Positions 9,048 through 18,018 of a DNA stretch of 64,000 nt are shown here, piece after piece (position 1 is the stretch's first letter; every line of letters begins with the position of its first letter). Origin of the DNA: Chloroflexota bacterium (lineage in GTDB: Bacteria > Chloroflexota > Anaerolineae > UBA4142). A program made the translations under genes and the position numbers. The DNA lies in NCBI GenBank assembly GCA_016223105.1, contig JACRPR010000009.1, forward strand, positions 2,099 to 66,098, written 5' to 3'. The notes under the pieces are model-generated. The model searched no databases and was not told where the DNA came from. It saw nothing but the letters and a program-made list of their open reading frames with translations.

Positions 9048-10121
9048 ATGATTTTCCTCTGGTACTGGGCGCTCCCAGTTTTAATAGTCGTTCCATTCCT
9101 CATCGCGTACTATGTGTGGATTCAACGCCGTCGCTCGAAATTCGCGATTCGTTATTCGTCGCTCTCGCTGGTCAAAGACGCGCTGGACAAGCAGAGCAAG
9201 TGGCGTCGCCACATTCCGCCATTTTTATTTTTGCTCGGCTTGACCGCGATGTTGTTCGCGCTCGCGCGCCCGGTTTCGATTGTAACTCTGCCGAAGCAAG
9301 AAGGCATGGTCATTCTCGCGATTGATGTGTCGGGCAGTATGCGCGCGAACGATCTCAAACCGAGTCGCATCGAAGCCGCCAAAGCCGCGGCAAAGGCGTT
9401 CATCGAAAAACAAGACCCGACCACGCGCATCGGCATCGTCGCGTTTTCTGGCACGGCGTCGCTCGTGCAAGCGCCGACGGTTGATCGCGATGCCGCGCTC
9501 GCCGCGGTGGATCGGCTCTCGTTGCAACGCGCGACCGGGATCGGGTACGGTATCCTCACCGCGCTCGACGCGATTTTTGAATTGCCGGACGCGCCGCCGG
9601 TCGCGGCGCAATCGGTCATCACGCCGGTCGCGCCCACCGCGCCGACCCAGGTTTTGCCGACGCCGACGCCAGTGCCGCCCGGTTATCACGTCCCGGCAAT
9701 TATCGTTTTATTGACTGACGGACAAAACACGACCGGCACTTTGCCGATTGTTGCCGCGCAAAAAGCGGTCGAGCGCGGCGTGCGCGTGTACACGATTGGC
9801 GTGGGCACACTGCAAGGCGTTACGATGCAAGGCGGCTTTGGCGGTCAAGGTGGCCCGGGTGGTGGACCGCCCGGCGGTGGCGGCGGCTTTCGCGCAGTAC
9901 TCGATGAGAAAACACTCAAAGCCGTTGCGGAGATGACCGACGCGGAATATTTTCACGCGAGCGATGAAGACGCGCTGATTCGCATTTATCAGAATCTCGA
10001 CACGCAATTGATTTTGCGAACGCAACGCACCGAGATCACGTCGTTCTTTACCGCGGGCGCGATTGCGTTGTTATTGATCGGCGGGACCTTGTCGCTGTTC
10101 TGGTTCAATCGTCTGCCATAA
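9048..10121 (+). CDS. VWA domain-containing membrane protein (BatA-like)
   Basis: DVSGSM MIDAS motif. N- and C-terminal TM segments. Gly-rich low-complexity insert. Confidence 0.85.
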   Translation: MIFLWYWALPVLIVVPFLIAYYVWIQRRRSKFAIRYSSLSLVKDALDKQSKWRRHIPPFLFLLGLTAMLFALARPVSIVTLPKQEGMVILAIDVSGSMRANDLKPSRIEAAKAAAKAFIEKQDPTTRIGIVAFSGTASLVQAPTVDRDAALAAVDRLSLQRATGIGYGILTALDAIFELPDAPPVAAQSVITPVAPTAPTQVLPTPTPVPPGYHVPAIIVLLTDGQNTTGTLPIVAAQKAVERGVRVYTIGVGTLQGVTMQGGFGGQGGPGGGPPGGGGGFRAVLDEKTLKAVAEMTDAEYFHASDEDALIRIYQNLDTQLILRTQRTEITSFFTAGAIALLLIGGTLSLFWFNRLP

Positions 10122-10150
10122 AATCAATCTCCGCCAATTTTTGCGCGCGC

Positions 10151-10226
10151 GAAAAATTTCCTGCGGATGCAAAGGAACACGGATAAAAAATTGTCCGTGT
10201 TCTTTTATATCGGTGGGAAAAATTCC
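10151..10226. repeat. About 75-nt palindromic element, ACACGGA family
   Basis: gaaaaatttcctgcggatgcaaaggaacacgga...tccgtgttcttttatatcggtgggaaaaattcc. Relatives at 16355 and 32036. Confidence 0.8.
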
Positions 10227-10279
10227 AAACGCATTAAAGCCGGCGAAGCGGTTTGCTCTGCGCGCGCGGTTATGCTACA

Positions 10280-11170
10280 ATGCGCGACGTGGAACTCGAC
10301 CAGATTTTTTGCGCGGACAGTCGCGCGATGCGTGAGGTGCCGGACAACTCGGTGCAGTTGATCGTTACCTCGCCGCCGTACAACGTGGGCAAAGATTACG
10401 CGCACCATCACGACACGATGGAACTCGACGCGTACCTCGCGTTTCTCAATTCGGTGTGGCAAGAGTGCGCGCGCGTTCTGTGCAAAGGCGGTCGGCTCGC
10501 GGTGAATGTCGCGAACACCTGGCGCAAACCGTACTTGCCGCTCAACACGTACATCGCGCGACAACTGATTGACCTGGGTTTGTTGATGCGCGGCGAGATC
10601 ATCTGGGACAAGGGCGCGTCTGCGGGAATTTCAACCGCGTGGGGCAGTTTCGCGCGCGCGTCGAATCCAACTTTGCGCGACGTGCATGAATACATCCTGG
10701 TTTTTTGCAAAGACGCGTACAAATTGGAAGAAACGCACGGCAAAGAGAGCGGGATCGAAAATTTGGAATTTGTCGAGTGGACGAAAAGCGTGTGGAAGAG
10801 TCCGCAAGACCAGGTCGAGGATTCGCAAAAATCCATTTGGCAATTTGATACACAGAGTAAACGCCGTCATCCCTCGACTGCGCTCGGGATGAACGCGCAT
10901 CCCGCGCCGTTTCCGCTCGATCTGCCTCTGCGTTTGATTCTGCTGTACACAAACATCGGCGATATTGTGCTTGATCCATTTATGGGGAGCGGCACCACCG
11001 CGCTCGCCGCGAAAATGACGCAGAGACATTTCATCGGTTACGAAATTTCGGACGAGTACTGCGCGATTGCCAACGCGCGCCTCGCCGCGCTCGATCATCC
11101 GCCGGTGATCGAAGAAAGAATCGCGCGCAAAAAAAAGAGGGGAAGAGCAGGCGAGGGGGAGAGCGGGTGA
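10280..11170 (+). CDS. Beta-class DNA methyltransferase (SPPY motif IV before FxGxG motif I; N4-C or N6-A), no adjacent endonuclease
   Basis: IVTSPPYNVGKDY then DPFMGSGTT near the C-terminus. ATG 10280 (MRDVELD) is preferred to the listed TTG 10253. Confidence 0.85.
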   Translation: MRDVELDQIFCADSRAMREVPDNSVQLIVTSPPYNVGKDYAHHHDTMELDAYLAFLNSVWQECARVLCKGGRLAVNVANTWRKPYLPLNTYIARQLIDLGLLMRGEIIWDKGASAGISTAWGSFARASNPTLRDVHEYILVFCKDAYKLEETHGKESGIENLEFVEWTKSVWKSPQDQVEDSQKSIWQFDTQSKRRHPSTALGMNAHPAPFPLDLPLRLILLYTNIGDIVLDPFMGSGTTALAAKMTQRHFIGYEISDEYCAIANARLAALDHPPVIEERIARKKKRGRAGEGESG

Positions 11171-11216
11171 ACGTATCTCCCCCTCTCCCATTCTCCCCCT
11201 CTCCCCCGCGCGTCAA

Positions 11217-12368
11217 TTACGCGCCGTCGCGCAAAATGTTCCGCGCGATCACCATCCGCAAAATTTCGCTCGTGCCTTCGCCGATCAACGTGAGCCGGTT
11301 GTCGCGATAAAATCGTTCGACTGGAAAATCGCGCAAGTAGCCCGCGCCGCCGTGAACCTGGATCGCTTTCCAGCACGCGCGATCCGCGGCTTCGGACGCG
11401 AAGAGTTTTGCCATCGCGGCTTGATGCGAAAATGCTTGCTGGGTGTCCTTGAGGAACGCGGCTTGCAGAACCATCAGCCGCGCGGCTTCTAGTTCCATCG
11501 AACTGTCCGCGATCATCCATTGAATCGCTTGAAAATCCGCGATCGGTTTGCCAAACGCGGTGCGCTCTTGCGCGTACTTGATCGATGCTTCGAGCGCGGC
11601 GCGACCCAGCCCCACCGCCATCGCGCCGATGCCGATGCGTCCACCGTCGAGCGTGATCATCGCTTGCTTGAAGCCCGCGCCCTCCGCGCCGAGCAAATTT
11701 TCTTTCGGCACGCGACAATCTTCAAAAAAAACCTGGGTCGTCAACGATCCGTGCAAGCCCATTTTTTCTTCGACTTTACCGATCACCAAGCCGGGCGCAT
11801 CGCGCGGAATGATGATAATGCTCAAGCCGCGATGTCCTTTCGCTTTGTCGGTGATGCACAAGGTATTGATCGAACGCGCAACCGCGCCGGAGGTTACGTA
11901 CATTTTCGATCCGTTGATGATCCACTCGTCGCCTTTCAACACGGCAGTTGTTGTCAACGAGCCCGCGAGATCACTGCCGCCTTTTGCTTCAGTCAACGCG
12001 AGCGCGCCGAGCGACTCGCCTTTCGCGAGCGGCGTCAGCCATTTTTGTTTTTGTTCTTCGGATCCGAAATTGTAAATCGGCGCGCAACCGAGCGAGAGGT
12101 GCGCCGCGTACGTCAAGCCGACCGAGCCGGACGCGCGCGCGACCTCTTCAACCGCGAGCGCTTGCGCGGTCATATCCGCGCCGCCGCCGCCGTACTGTTC
12201 CGGGAAGGGCAAGCCGAGCAAACCTTGTTCGCCCATCTTGCGAAAAATGTCGGCGGGAAATTCATCGGTCTGGTCAATCGCGCGCGCGCGCGGCGCGATT
12301 TCTTTTTCCGCGAAATCGCGCACCATCTCTTGAATCGCGCGTTGTTCTTCACTCAATTGAAAATCCAT
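11217..12368 (-). CDS. Acyl-CoA dehydrogenase
   Basis: Full-length ACAD architecture; C-terminal LIGEGTSEI motif. Confidence 0.9.
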   Translation of the reverse strand: MDFQLSEEQRAIQEMVRDFAEKEIAPRARAIDQTDEFPADIFRKMGEQGLLGLPFPEQYGGGGADMTAQALAVEEVARASGSVGLTYAAHLSLGCAPIYNFGSEEQKQKWLTPLAKGESLGALALTEAKGGSDLAGSLTTTAVLKGDEWIINGSKMYVTSGAVARSINTLCITDKAKGHRGLSIIIIPRDAPGLVIGKVEEKMGLHGSLTTQVFFEDCRVPKENLLGAEGAGFKQAMITLDGGRIGIGAMAVGLGRAALEASIKYAQERTAFGKPIADFQAIQWMIADSSMELEAARLMVLQAAFLKDTQQAFSHQAAMAKLFASEAADRACWKAIQVHGGAGYLRDFPVERFYRDNRLTLIGEGTSEILRMVIARNILRDGA

Positions 12369-12964
12369 TACTCCTCATCTCCTTTGAAGGTGTTGGGCAA
12401 ATTTCCAATTTGCCCGATCAGTCGCGGCTCACCCCACACCGCCCAGTTCCAGCGATTATCGCCCAAGCCATCGGTAACAAATTCGATGCGCGCGACATCA
12501 CTGCCGAGTTGCGGCATCGCGACCGAATGGTCTTGCCATGCGCGCGAACTTTTGACCGCGCTCCACAATTTCCAATCGTTGACCAACACGCGAAACGCGA
12601 TAAAGCGATCTGCCGGTAATTCCGATCCATCGCGAATGCCAATCGCGAATTTTAATTGTGCGCCGCGCAAGCCATGTGGAATCGGCACGAGATAACTCAC
12701 GCTTGCCGAGCCGCTCACCGGCGGATGTTCCCACAATGCCGCGCGCGCGATGCCATCGCAAATCGCGTCGCCGATTTTGATTTCCATTCCTGCCGCGTCG
12801 CGCGATGCGGTTTTTGCCGCGTGCTCGAAATGCGCGATGAAATCGTACGCCCACGCCGCGCGCGCGGGATCGCGTTGCAACGATTCGACAAACGCGCCCA
12901 CGCGTCGCAGATCGTTATCGGAAAGATTTACGAGCAGAGCAAGCAATTCATCGCGCCGGGACAT
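12368..12964 (-). CDS. Hypothetical protein: short helical N-terminus plus beta-sandwich-like (NPCBM-like?) domain
   Basis: GAGGTGG SD before ATG 12964. The stop overlaps the ACAD start (TAATG). The pattern WEHPP..Y.V....F.IGI.D....F.V.V......W.WAVWGEPRL is only loosely NPCBM-like. Confidence 0.55.
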   Translation of the reverse strand: MSRRDELLALLVNLSDNDLRRVGAFVESLQRDPARAAWAYDFIAHFEHAAKTASRDAAGMEIKIGDAICDGIARAALWEHPPVSGSASVSYLVPIPHGLRGAQLKFAIGIRDGSELPADRFIAFRVLVNDWKLWSAVKSSRAWQDHSVAMPQLGSDVARIEFVTDGLGDNRWNWAVWGEPRLIGQIGNLPNTFKGDEE

Positions 12965-13123
12965 TGCCACCTCAGAGAACACTTTGAAATTTGTGGCGCG
13001 GCTTTTCCAAGCCGCTAATGCGGGCAGGAAAGCCCGCGCCACAATCAAAATAAAAACGCCGTTCGCACCGCACTGCGGTACCGACGGCGCATCCTGATTC
13101 GATTATATGACGCGGGTTGCGGC

Positions 13124-13151
13124 TTGTCAATAATTTTGAATTCGCTATAAT
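13124..13151 (+). promoter_or_regulatory. Sigma70-like promoter TTGTCA-16-TATAAT upstream of the zinc-ribbon gene
   Basis: Hexamers read directly at 13124-13129 and 13146-13151. Confidence 0.45.
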
Positions 13152-13163
13152 CCAAACACGTAC

Positions 13164-13183
13164 CGCAAATTTGTAAATTTGCG
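13164..13183 (+). promoter_or_regulatory. 9-bp-arm palindrome CGCAAATTT-GT-AAATTTGCG between the -10 box and the RBS
   Basis: Read directly; the position is consistent with an operator or a 5'-UTR hairpin. Confidence 0.4.
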
Positions 13184-13199
13184 CGACCAGGAGAACCCA

Positions 13200-13598
13200 A
13201 TGCCAATTTATGAATATCGTTGCGGCGATTGCAAACACCGCGTCAGTGTTTTCTTTCGATCCTTTGCCGACACGAATCAATCGCCACATTGTCCGAATTG
13301 TAATGGCGCGAGTTTGACGCGATTGGTTTCGCGCGTCGCGACGATCAAATCCGAAGACGCGCGGCTCGAAGCGATGAGCGATCCGTCCGCGTTTGGCGAC
13401 GTGGATGAAAACGATCCCAAAAGTATGGCGCGCTTTATGCGAAAGATGGGCGATCAAATGGGCGGCGAAGATTTGGGGCCGGAATTTGGCGAAATGGTGG
13501 ACCGCCTCGAAGCCGGTGAAAATCCGGAGGAAATTGAAAAGACGATGCCGGGATTGGGTGGGGAAGGTGAGATGGGAGGGTTAGATGTTGGAAGTTAG
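13200..13598 (+). CDS. FmdB-family zinc-ribbon protein
   Basis: MPIYEYRCGDC...CPNC (CxxC...CxxC). AGGAG SD before ATG 13200. The last 6 codons lie in the heptamer array. Confidence 0.8.
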   Translation: MPIYEYRCGDCKHRVSVFFRSFADTNQSPHCPNCNGASLTRLVSRVATIKSEDARLEAMSDPSAFGDVDENDPKSMARFMRKMGDQMGGEDLGPEFGEMVDRLEAGENPEEIEKTMPGLGGEGEMGGLDVGS

Positions 13599-13656
13599 AA
13601 GTTGGATGTTGGAAACACGCGTTCCAACGTCCAACTTCCAACGTCCAATTTCCAAA
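13580..13656. repeat. Heptamer-array hairpin (GTT[A/G]GA[A/T] x5, 7-nt loop, [T/G]TCCAA[C/T] x5); bidirectional terminator candidate
   Basis: 35-nt arms are nearly complementary. Lies between convergent genes. Confidence 0.85.
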
Positions 13657-13986
13657 TTAAAATTTCTCAAACCGCTCGACGGCGAGCACGAACACGGTCG
13701 CGCCGCCGACCTGCACTTCGACCGGTTGCGCGAGATACAATTCGCCCGGCTCCATCACGGGCGGCATCGGGTTGACGAATTGCGTGCGCGTCGTACAATT
13801 TTCTTTGATCACCGCAAGCACTTGATCGACACGTTCATCTTCAATGCCGATAAAGATCGTCGCGTTGCCCTCGCGCAAGAATCCGCCGGTTGAACTCGTC
13901 ATCGTCGCTTGAAAATTGTTTTGGCGAAGCGCGTCGAGCAAACCGTCCGCGTCATCGCGTTGAACGACGGCAACTACTGATTTCAT
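13657..13986 (-). CDS. darA: PII-like cyclic-di-AMP receptor (DarA/PstA, DUF970)
   Basis: About 109 aa. TSSTGGFLREGN motif. Directly downstream of tmk, as in the Bacillus tmk-darA arrangement. Confidence 0.75.
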   Translation of the reverse strand: MKSVVAVVQRDDADGLLDALRQNNFQATMTSSTGGFLREGNATIFIGIEDERVDQVLAVIKENCTTRTQFVNPMPPVMEPGELYLAQPVEVQVGGATVFVLAVERFEKF

Positions 13987-14056
13987 ACGCACCCCCTAGT
14001 GGATTTCAAATTTCAGATTTGACCGGCTTGCGATTTACACTCTGAAATCTGCAATT

Positions 14057-14665
14057 CTATATTCCTCTGCGTTCGATCTGTGCGCGAATGTCGGCTTGCA
14101 CCATTTCAATTTCGCGCGCGCCATCGATCACGATCCAGCGCGCGGGTTCGCGCTGAATCAGCTCCAAATAACCGGCGCGCACGCGCGCGTGATATTCTAA
14201 TGCTTTGTGATCGAGCCGATTCGTTTCGCCGCGATGCCGCCGCGCGAGTCCGACCTCGACCGGCACATCCACGTAAACCGTGAGATCGGGCACGAGTCCG
14301 CCAGTCGCGAATCGTGTGATCGCGCGCAACGCGTCGAGATCAAGTCCCAGTCCGTACCCCTGATACGCCAGCGTCGAATCCGCGTAGCGATCACAGATGA
14401 CGATTTTTCCGGCGGCAAGCGCGGGGCGAATCAGTTCCGCGACGATCTGTGCGCGCGCCGCGGAAAAAAGCAATGCCTCGGTTTCACTCTGCATCGCGAG
14501 ATTGCGTTTCGCCAAAACCACTTGGCGAATTTGTTCGCTGATCGCGGTGCCGCCCGGCTCGCGCGTAAATTCGACCAGGTGTCCGCGCGCTTGCAAATCC
14601 GCGGCGCACAAGCGCGCCTGTGTCGTCTTGCCCGATCCGTCGGGACCTTCAAAGGTAATAAACAT
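14057..14665 (-). CDS. tmk: Thymidylate kinase
   Basis: FITFEGPDGSGKTT P-loop, DRY motif, about 200 aa. Confidence 0.9.
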   Translation of the reverse strand: MFITFEGPDGSGKTTQARLCAADLQARGHLVEFTREPGGTAISEQIRQVVLAKRNLAMQSETEALLFSAARAQIVAELIRPALAAGKIVICDRYADSTLAYQGYGLGLDLDALRAITRFATGGLVPDLTVYVDVPVEVGLARRHRGETNRLDHKALEYHARVRAGYLELIQREPARWIVIDGAREIEMVQADIRAQIERRGI

Positions 14666-14666
14666 A

Positions 14667-14740
14667 GTTTGTTAGTTGAATGGTCTGATAGTTGAATGGT
14701 TGAATAACTATTCAACTAACGCACTATCGAACTATCCAAC
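14667..14740. repeat. Octamer-array hairpin (GTTGAATG-type x5 facing TANNNAAC x4)
   Basis: Read directly between the tmk start and the stop of the AAA/R3H gene. Confidence 0.8.
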
Positions 14741-16282
14741 TTCGCTTCCGTAAATCCGCACGCGGCGTTTCGGTTCTTTGCCGAGCGAGCGCGAAAATAA
14801 ATTCGCGCGTTTGATCAACTCGTGTTGTTGCCGGCGAATGTACGCGGTCTGCGGCGTAAGCTCGACCGAGTGCGCGCCGTTCATCACTTGTTGAATCGCG
14901 GTTTGGGTTTCGCGTAGCGCGTCCGTCGCGGGATCGGTGCGCCCGTCCACGCCGAACAAATCTTCCAACACGCCTTCCATTTGCGCGAGCGTGTTCGCGC
15001 GCAAAACGTACACCGGCACGCCGCGCCGTTCCGCATCGGTAACAATCGGTGGACGTTTGCGATAATAATTTTTCAACGTCAACACCGCGTCCGCGCCGCT
15101 CACATCCCCGACAATTTGAATTGGCAAGCTCAATGTTTTCGCGGCTTCTTCCAAACGATCCTGGCTCAAACCGTACGGATACAAACGCATCGGGCGCAGA
15201 GGTTCCGGTTCTGCGCGCTTGACTTGTTCCGGCGCGGGGCGCGTTGCAGAGGGTTCGCGCAAAATGCCGACGCGCGCGGTCACCGGTTTTTCAATTTGCA
15301 CTTGACCGTCTTCGCCGCGCGTGCGAATTTCCGGCGGTATCGGGCGACCGCGCAACAAGACATCCACCGCAAGCGCGACATCGTGATGCACCGCGAGCCG
15401 ATTGCGTTCTTGAATTTCGATCAACACGCTAAACGTTGGCGGGGCTTGGCGTTCGAGGATAGATTTTTGCGTGCCGCGCCGGCGCGCTTCTTCATCGGAT
15501 AATGTAACCGATTGAATCCCGCCGATCAAATCCGCGAGCGTCGGATTCATCATCAAGTTGTCGAGCGAACGCCCGTGCGCGGTCGCGATCAATTGCACGC
15601 CGCGTTCGGCAATCGTGCGCGCGGCTTCGGCTTCAAGCTCGCGCCCGATCTCGTCAATCACGATCACTTCGGGCATGTGATTCTCGACCGCTTCGATCAT
15701 CACTTCGTGCTGAAGTGTTGGCATCGCGACTTGCATCCGCCGCGCTTTGCCAATCGCCGGATGCGGAATGTCCCCATCGCCGCCGATCTCGTTTGATGTG
15801 TCCACGATCACAACGCGTTTCAAATCGGCGAGCACGCGCGCGGCTTCGCGCAACATCGTCGTCTTGCCGACGCCGGGACGCCCCAGCAATAAAACGCTTT
15901 TGCCGGATTCGACAATATCGCGAATGATTTCAATCGTGCCGTACACCGCGCGTCCGACGCGACAGGTCAAGCCGACGATGCGCGCTTGACGATTGCGAAT
16001 ACACGAAATGCGATGCAAGGTGCGCGGGATGCCCGCGCGATTATCCGCGGTAAATTCGCCGATGCGCGAAACGACAAAATCCAAATCGTCGTGATTCACA
16101 TCGCGCGAGTTGAGCGCGCGCGTTTCGCCGACAAAGCGCGCTTCGGGCACGCGCCCCAAATCCAAAATCACTTCGAGCAAATCGTCGTTGCGACTGATTT
16201 GGCGCAAGTGCATTTGCACATGCGGCGGTAAAACATTCAACAACAAATCAAGATCGTCAGTCATTGTGTGTTCCGTGTTCAA
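14732..16282 (-). CDS. AAA ATPase with C-terminal R3H nucleic-acid-binding domain (Ycf45/SpoIIIAA-like)
   Basis: GRPGVGKTT Walker A, VIVIDEIG Walker B, C-terminal RRQQH (R3H). GGAGG SD 5 nt before TTG 16282. Confidence 0.8.
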   Translation of the reverse strand: MNTEHTMTDDLDLLLNVLPPHVQMHLRQISRNDDLLEVILDLGRVPEARFVGETRALNSRDVNHDDLDFVVSRIGEFTADNRAGIPRTLHRISCIRNRQARIVGLTCRVGRAVYGTIEIIRDIVESGKSVLLLGRPGVGKTTMLREAARVLADLKRVVIVDTSNEIGGDGDIPHPAIGKARRMQVAMPTLQHEVMIEAVENHMPEVIVIDEIGRELEAEAARTIAERGVQLIATAHGRSLDNLMMNPTLADLIGGIQSVTLSDEEARRRGTQKSILERQAPPTFSVLIEIQERNRLAVHHDVALAVDVLLRGRPIPPEIRTRGEDGQVQIEKPVTARVGILREPSATRPAPEQVKRAEPEPLRPMRLYPYGLSQDRLEEAAKTLSLPIQIVGDVSGADAVLTLKNYYRKRPPIVTDAERRGVPVYVLRANTLAQMEGVLEDLFGVDGRTDPATDALRETQTAIQQVMNGAHSVELTPQTAYIRRQQHELIKRANLFSRSLGKEPKRRVRIYGSEVG

Positions 16283-16354
16283 ACTTGCCTCCGGCGATAT
16301 TATACCACAAAATCAAAACCAATACTTTTGCCAGCTCCAATCTCCAATGCCGCC

Positions 16355-16434
16355 GGAATTTTTCCCACGGATAAAAAAGAACACGGACATTTTTTATATA
16401 TCCGTGTTCCTTTGAATCGGTGGGAGATTTTTTA
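16355..16434. repeat. About 80-nt palindromic element, ACACGGA family
   Basis: ggaatttttcccacggataaaaaagaacacgga...tccgtgttcctttgaatcggtgggagattttt. Confidence 0.8.
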
Positions 16435-16531
16435 CGCTTTGACGACGTAGGTGCCGGCAATCTTGTCGTGCCAGCCCTGCTTGTCCGTGTCGAATAAAAT
16501 CCAGATAAAGCCGAGCGCAAAAACAAAACCG
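16433..16531 (-). pseudogene. C-terminal remnant of an RDD-family membrane protein
   Basis: Own translation: [32 protein letters not shown]. Only about 32 codons are recognisable, with no plausible full-length frame upstream. Confidence 0.35.
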
Positions 16532-16626
16532 CTGGTGCCGCAATCACCTCCTTGTGATTCGGAATTTGTGATCAAAGCGCGCCGTAAAAAAGAATGATTG
16601 GGCGCGCGATCACAATGCGCGCGCGA

Positions 16627-18018
16627 TCACAATGCGCGCGCGATCAACGTTTCGGCTTGCGCGAAATCCGCGCCGATGTATTTGTCTTTGCCGTTGACGA
16701 TCACCGCCGGATATTTGCGCGCGCCGTAGCGCAATGATTTGTACACGCCTTCCAACGACGCGGCGTCAATCACTTTGAAGACGACGCGTCCGCCAAATCG
16801 TTCGACCGCGTTCGTGATCCACGCGGACAAGGTGCGATAGTCGGCAAGCAACTCTGTCGGTAACGATGTCTCGAGCGCGTCCGCATGAAATTGTTTGATG
16901 CCCTCGCTCTCGGCTTGATTCATCAAGACTTCGCAATGTTTACACTGAAAATATTGTGTCGGCGCGTGCGCGATCACTTCAACCATTACCGGATTCATCG
17001 CTCCTCCTTTCGTGCGCGCAATTCTATTCGCGATGAATTGTCGCGTCAATCCCCCCTCTTTTGGGGGCGCGGTAGGGGCGGAGCATTTTTTAGACGGTAG
17101 TTCCGTCGAAAAAATGCTGCGCCCCTCCCGCTGCCCGCGCCGCACCGTTTCCAAATTCATTCCCGCGACAAGTCCGCCGCATGATCCGAAAATCACGCGC
17201 CCGTTCGCTTCGATCACCGCGCGTGTCGCGTGCGCGATTTCGTCATCCGTGCGCGGCGCGCTGAGAAAATCGAAATTCGAATTACCCCACAATGTGATCG
17301 CATCGCCGACGCGCGCGCGCGTGCCGCGCAATGTCATTCCCGCGTCCGGTTCCAAGCCCTGCAAACCGTCGAATTCGCATGCGACCAGGTCGCCCAGCAC
17401 CGCGTTCAAATTTCCGTCCGCGTGAAAAAAAACGACCAGCCCGCGCGCGCGAATTTCGCGCACGAGTTCGCGCAATGCCGGAAAATATAACGCGCGCAAA
17501 TCGTCCGGCGCGATGTACGTCTGCTTGCCGTACGCGATATCTTCGCCGAGAATGATGCCGTCCGCACCGGCATCGCGCGCGGCGTGCGCGATGGCGCGCG
17601 CCGCGTCCGCACCGCGCTGAAACCAATCGCGCGCGCGTTCCGGCGCGCCGCGAATCGCGTGCATCAATGCATTGAATCCGCGCGCTTGGACCGCCGCGCT
17701 GAACGCGCCGTCCATTAACGCGCCCACAAACCGATCGCTTTCCGCGCGCCAGCGCGCGAGCATTTCGAACGCGCGCGGTTCGTCCGGTTGTGCGAGCGCG
17801 CCCCAGCCCGCGCTCACCGACACGCACGCGAGATCGAGATCGAGTTGCGTGATGATTGCGTGATGATGTTCAAATTCGATGGGCGCATCCGCGCGCAACG
17901 CGAAAAAATCGCGGACAAATTCATCCGCGATAAAAAATTCGCCGCGCGCGCCGCGGTCAATCGGCTCGCCGCGCAGAGTTTTGAAAACGCGTTCGCGATG
18001 GTTCATCACGATTTGCAA
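16627..18018 (-). CDS. URO-D-family (MtaA/CmuA-like) protein read through into a CxxC thioredoxin-fold-like module (possibly two genes)
   Basis: One stop-free ORF. An internal AAGGAGGAG SD plus ATG at 16998 starts MNPVMVEV..QCKHC... A palindromic spacer (about 16999-17140) separates the two modules. Confidence 0.65.
   Translation of the reverse strand: MQIVMNHRERVFKTLRGEPIDRGARGEFFIADEFVRDFFALRADAPIEFEHHHAIITQLDLDLACVSVSAGWGALAQPDEPRAFEMLARWRAESDRFVGALMDGAFSAAVQARGFNALMHAIRGAPERARDWFQRGADAARAIAHAARDAGADGIILGEDIAYGKQTYIAPDDLRALYFPALRELVREIRARGLVVFFHADGNLNAVLGDLVACEFDGLQGLEPDAGMTLRGTRARVGDAITLWGNSNFDFLSAPRTDDEIAHATRAVIEANGRVIFGSCGGLVAGMNLETVRRGQREGRSIFSTELPSKKCSAPTAPPKEGGLTRQFIANRIARTKGGAMNPVMVEVIAHAPTQYFQCKHCEVLMNQAESEGIKQFHADALETSLPTELLADYRTLSAWITNAVERFGGRVVFKVIDAASLEGVYKSLRYGARKYPAVIVNGKDKYIGADFAQAETLIARAL

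Noticed and set aside
9840-9900. Gly-rich stretch (GGFGGQGGPGGGPPGGGGGF) in the VWA protein considered as a repeat insertion.
   Set aside because: It has no similarity to the DNA repeat families seen elsewhere. It is a plausible low-complexity linker between the VWA domain and the C-terminal TM helix.
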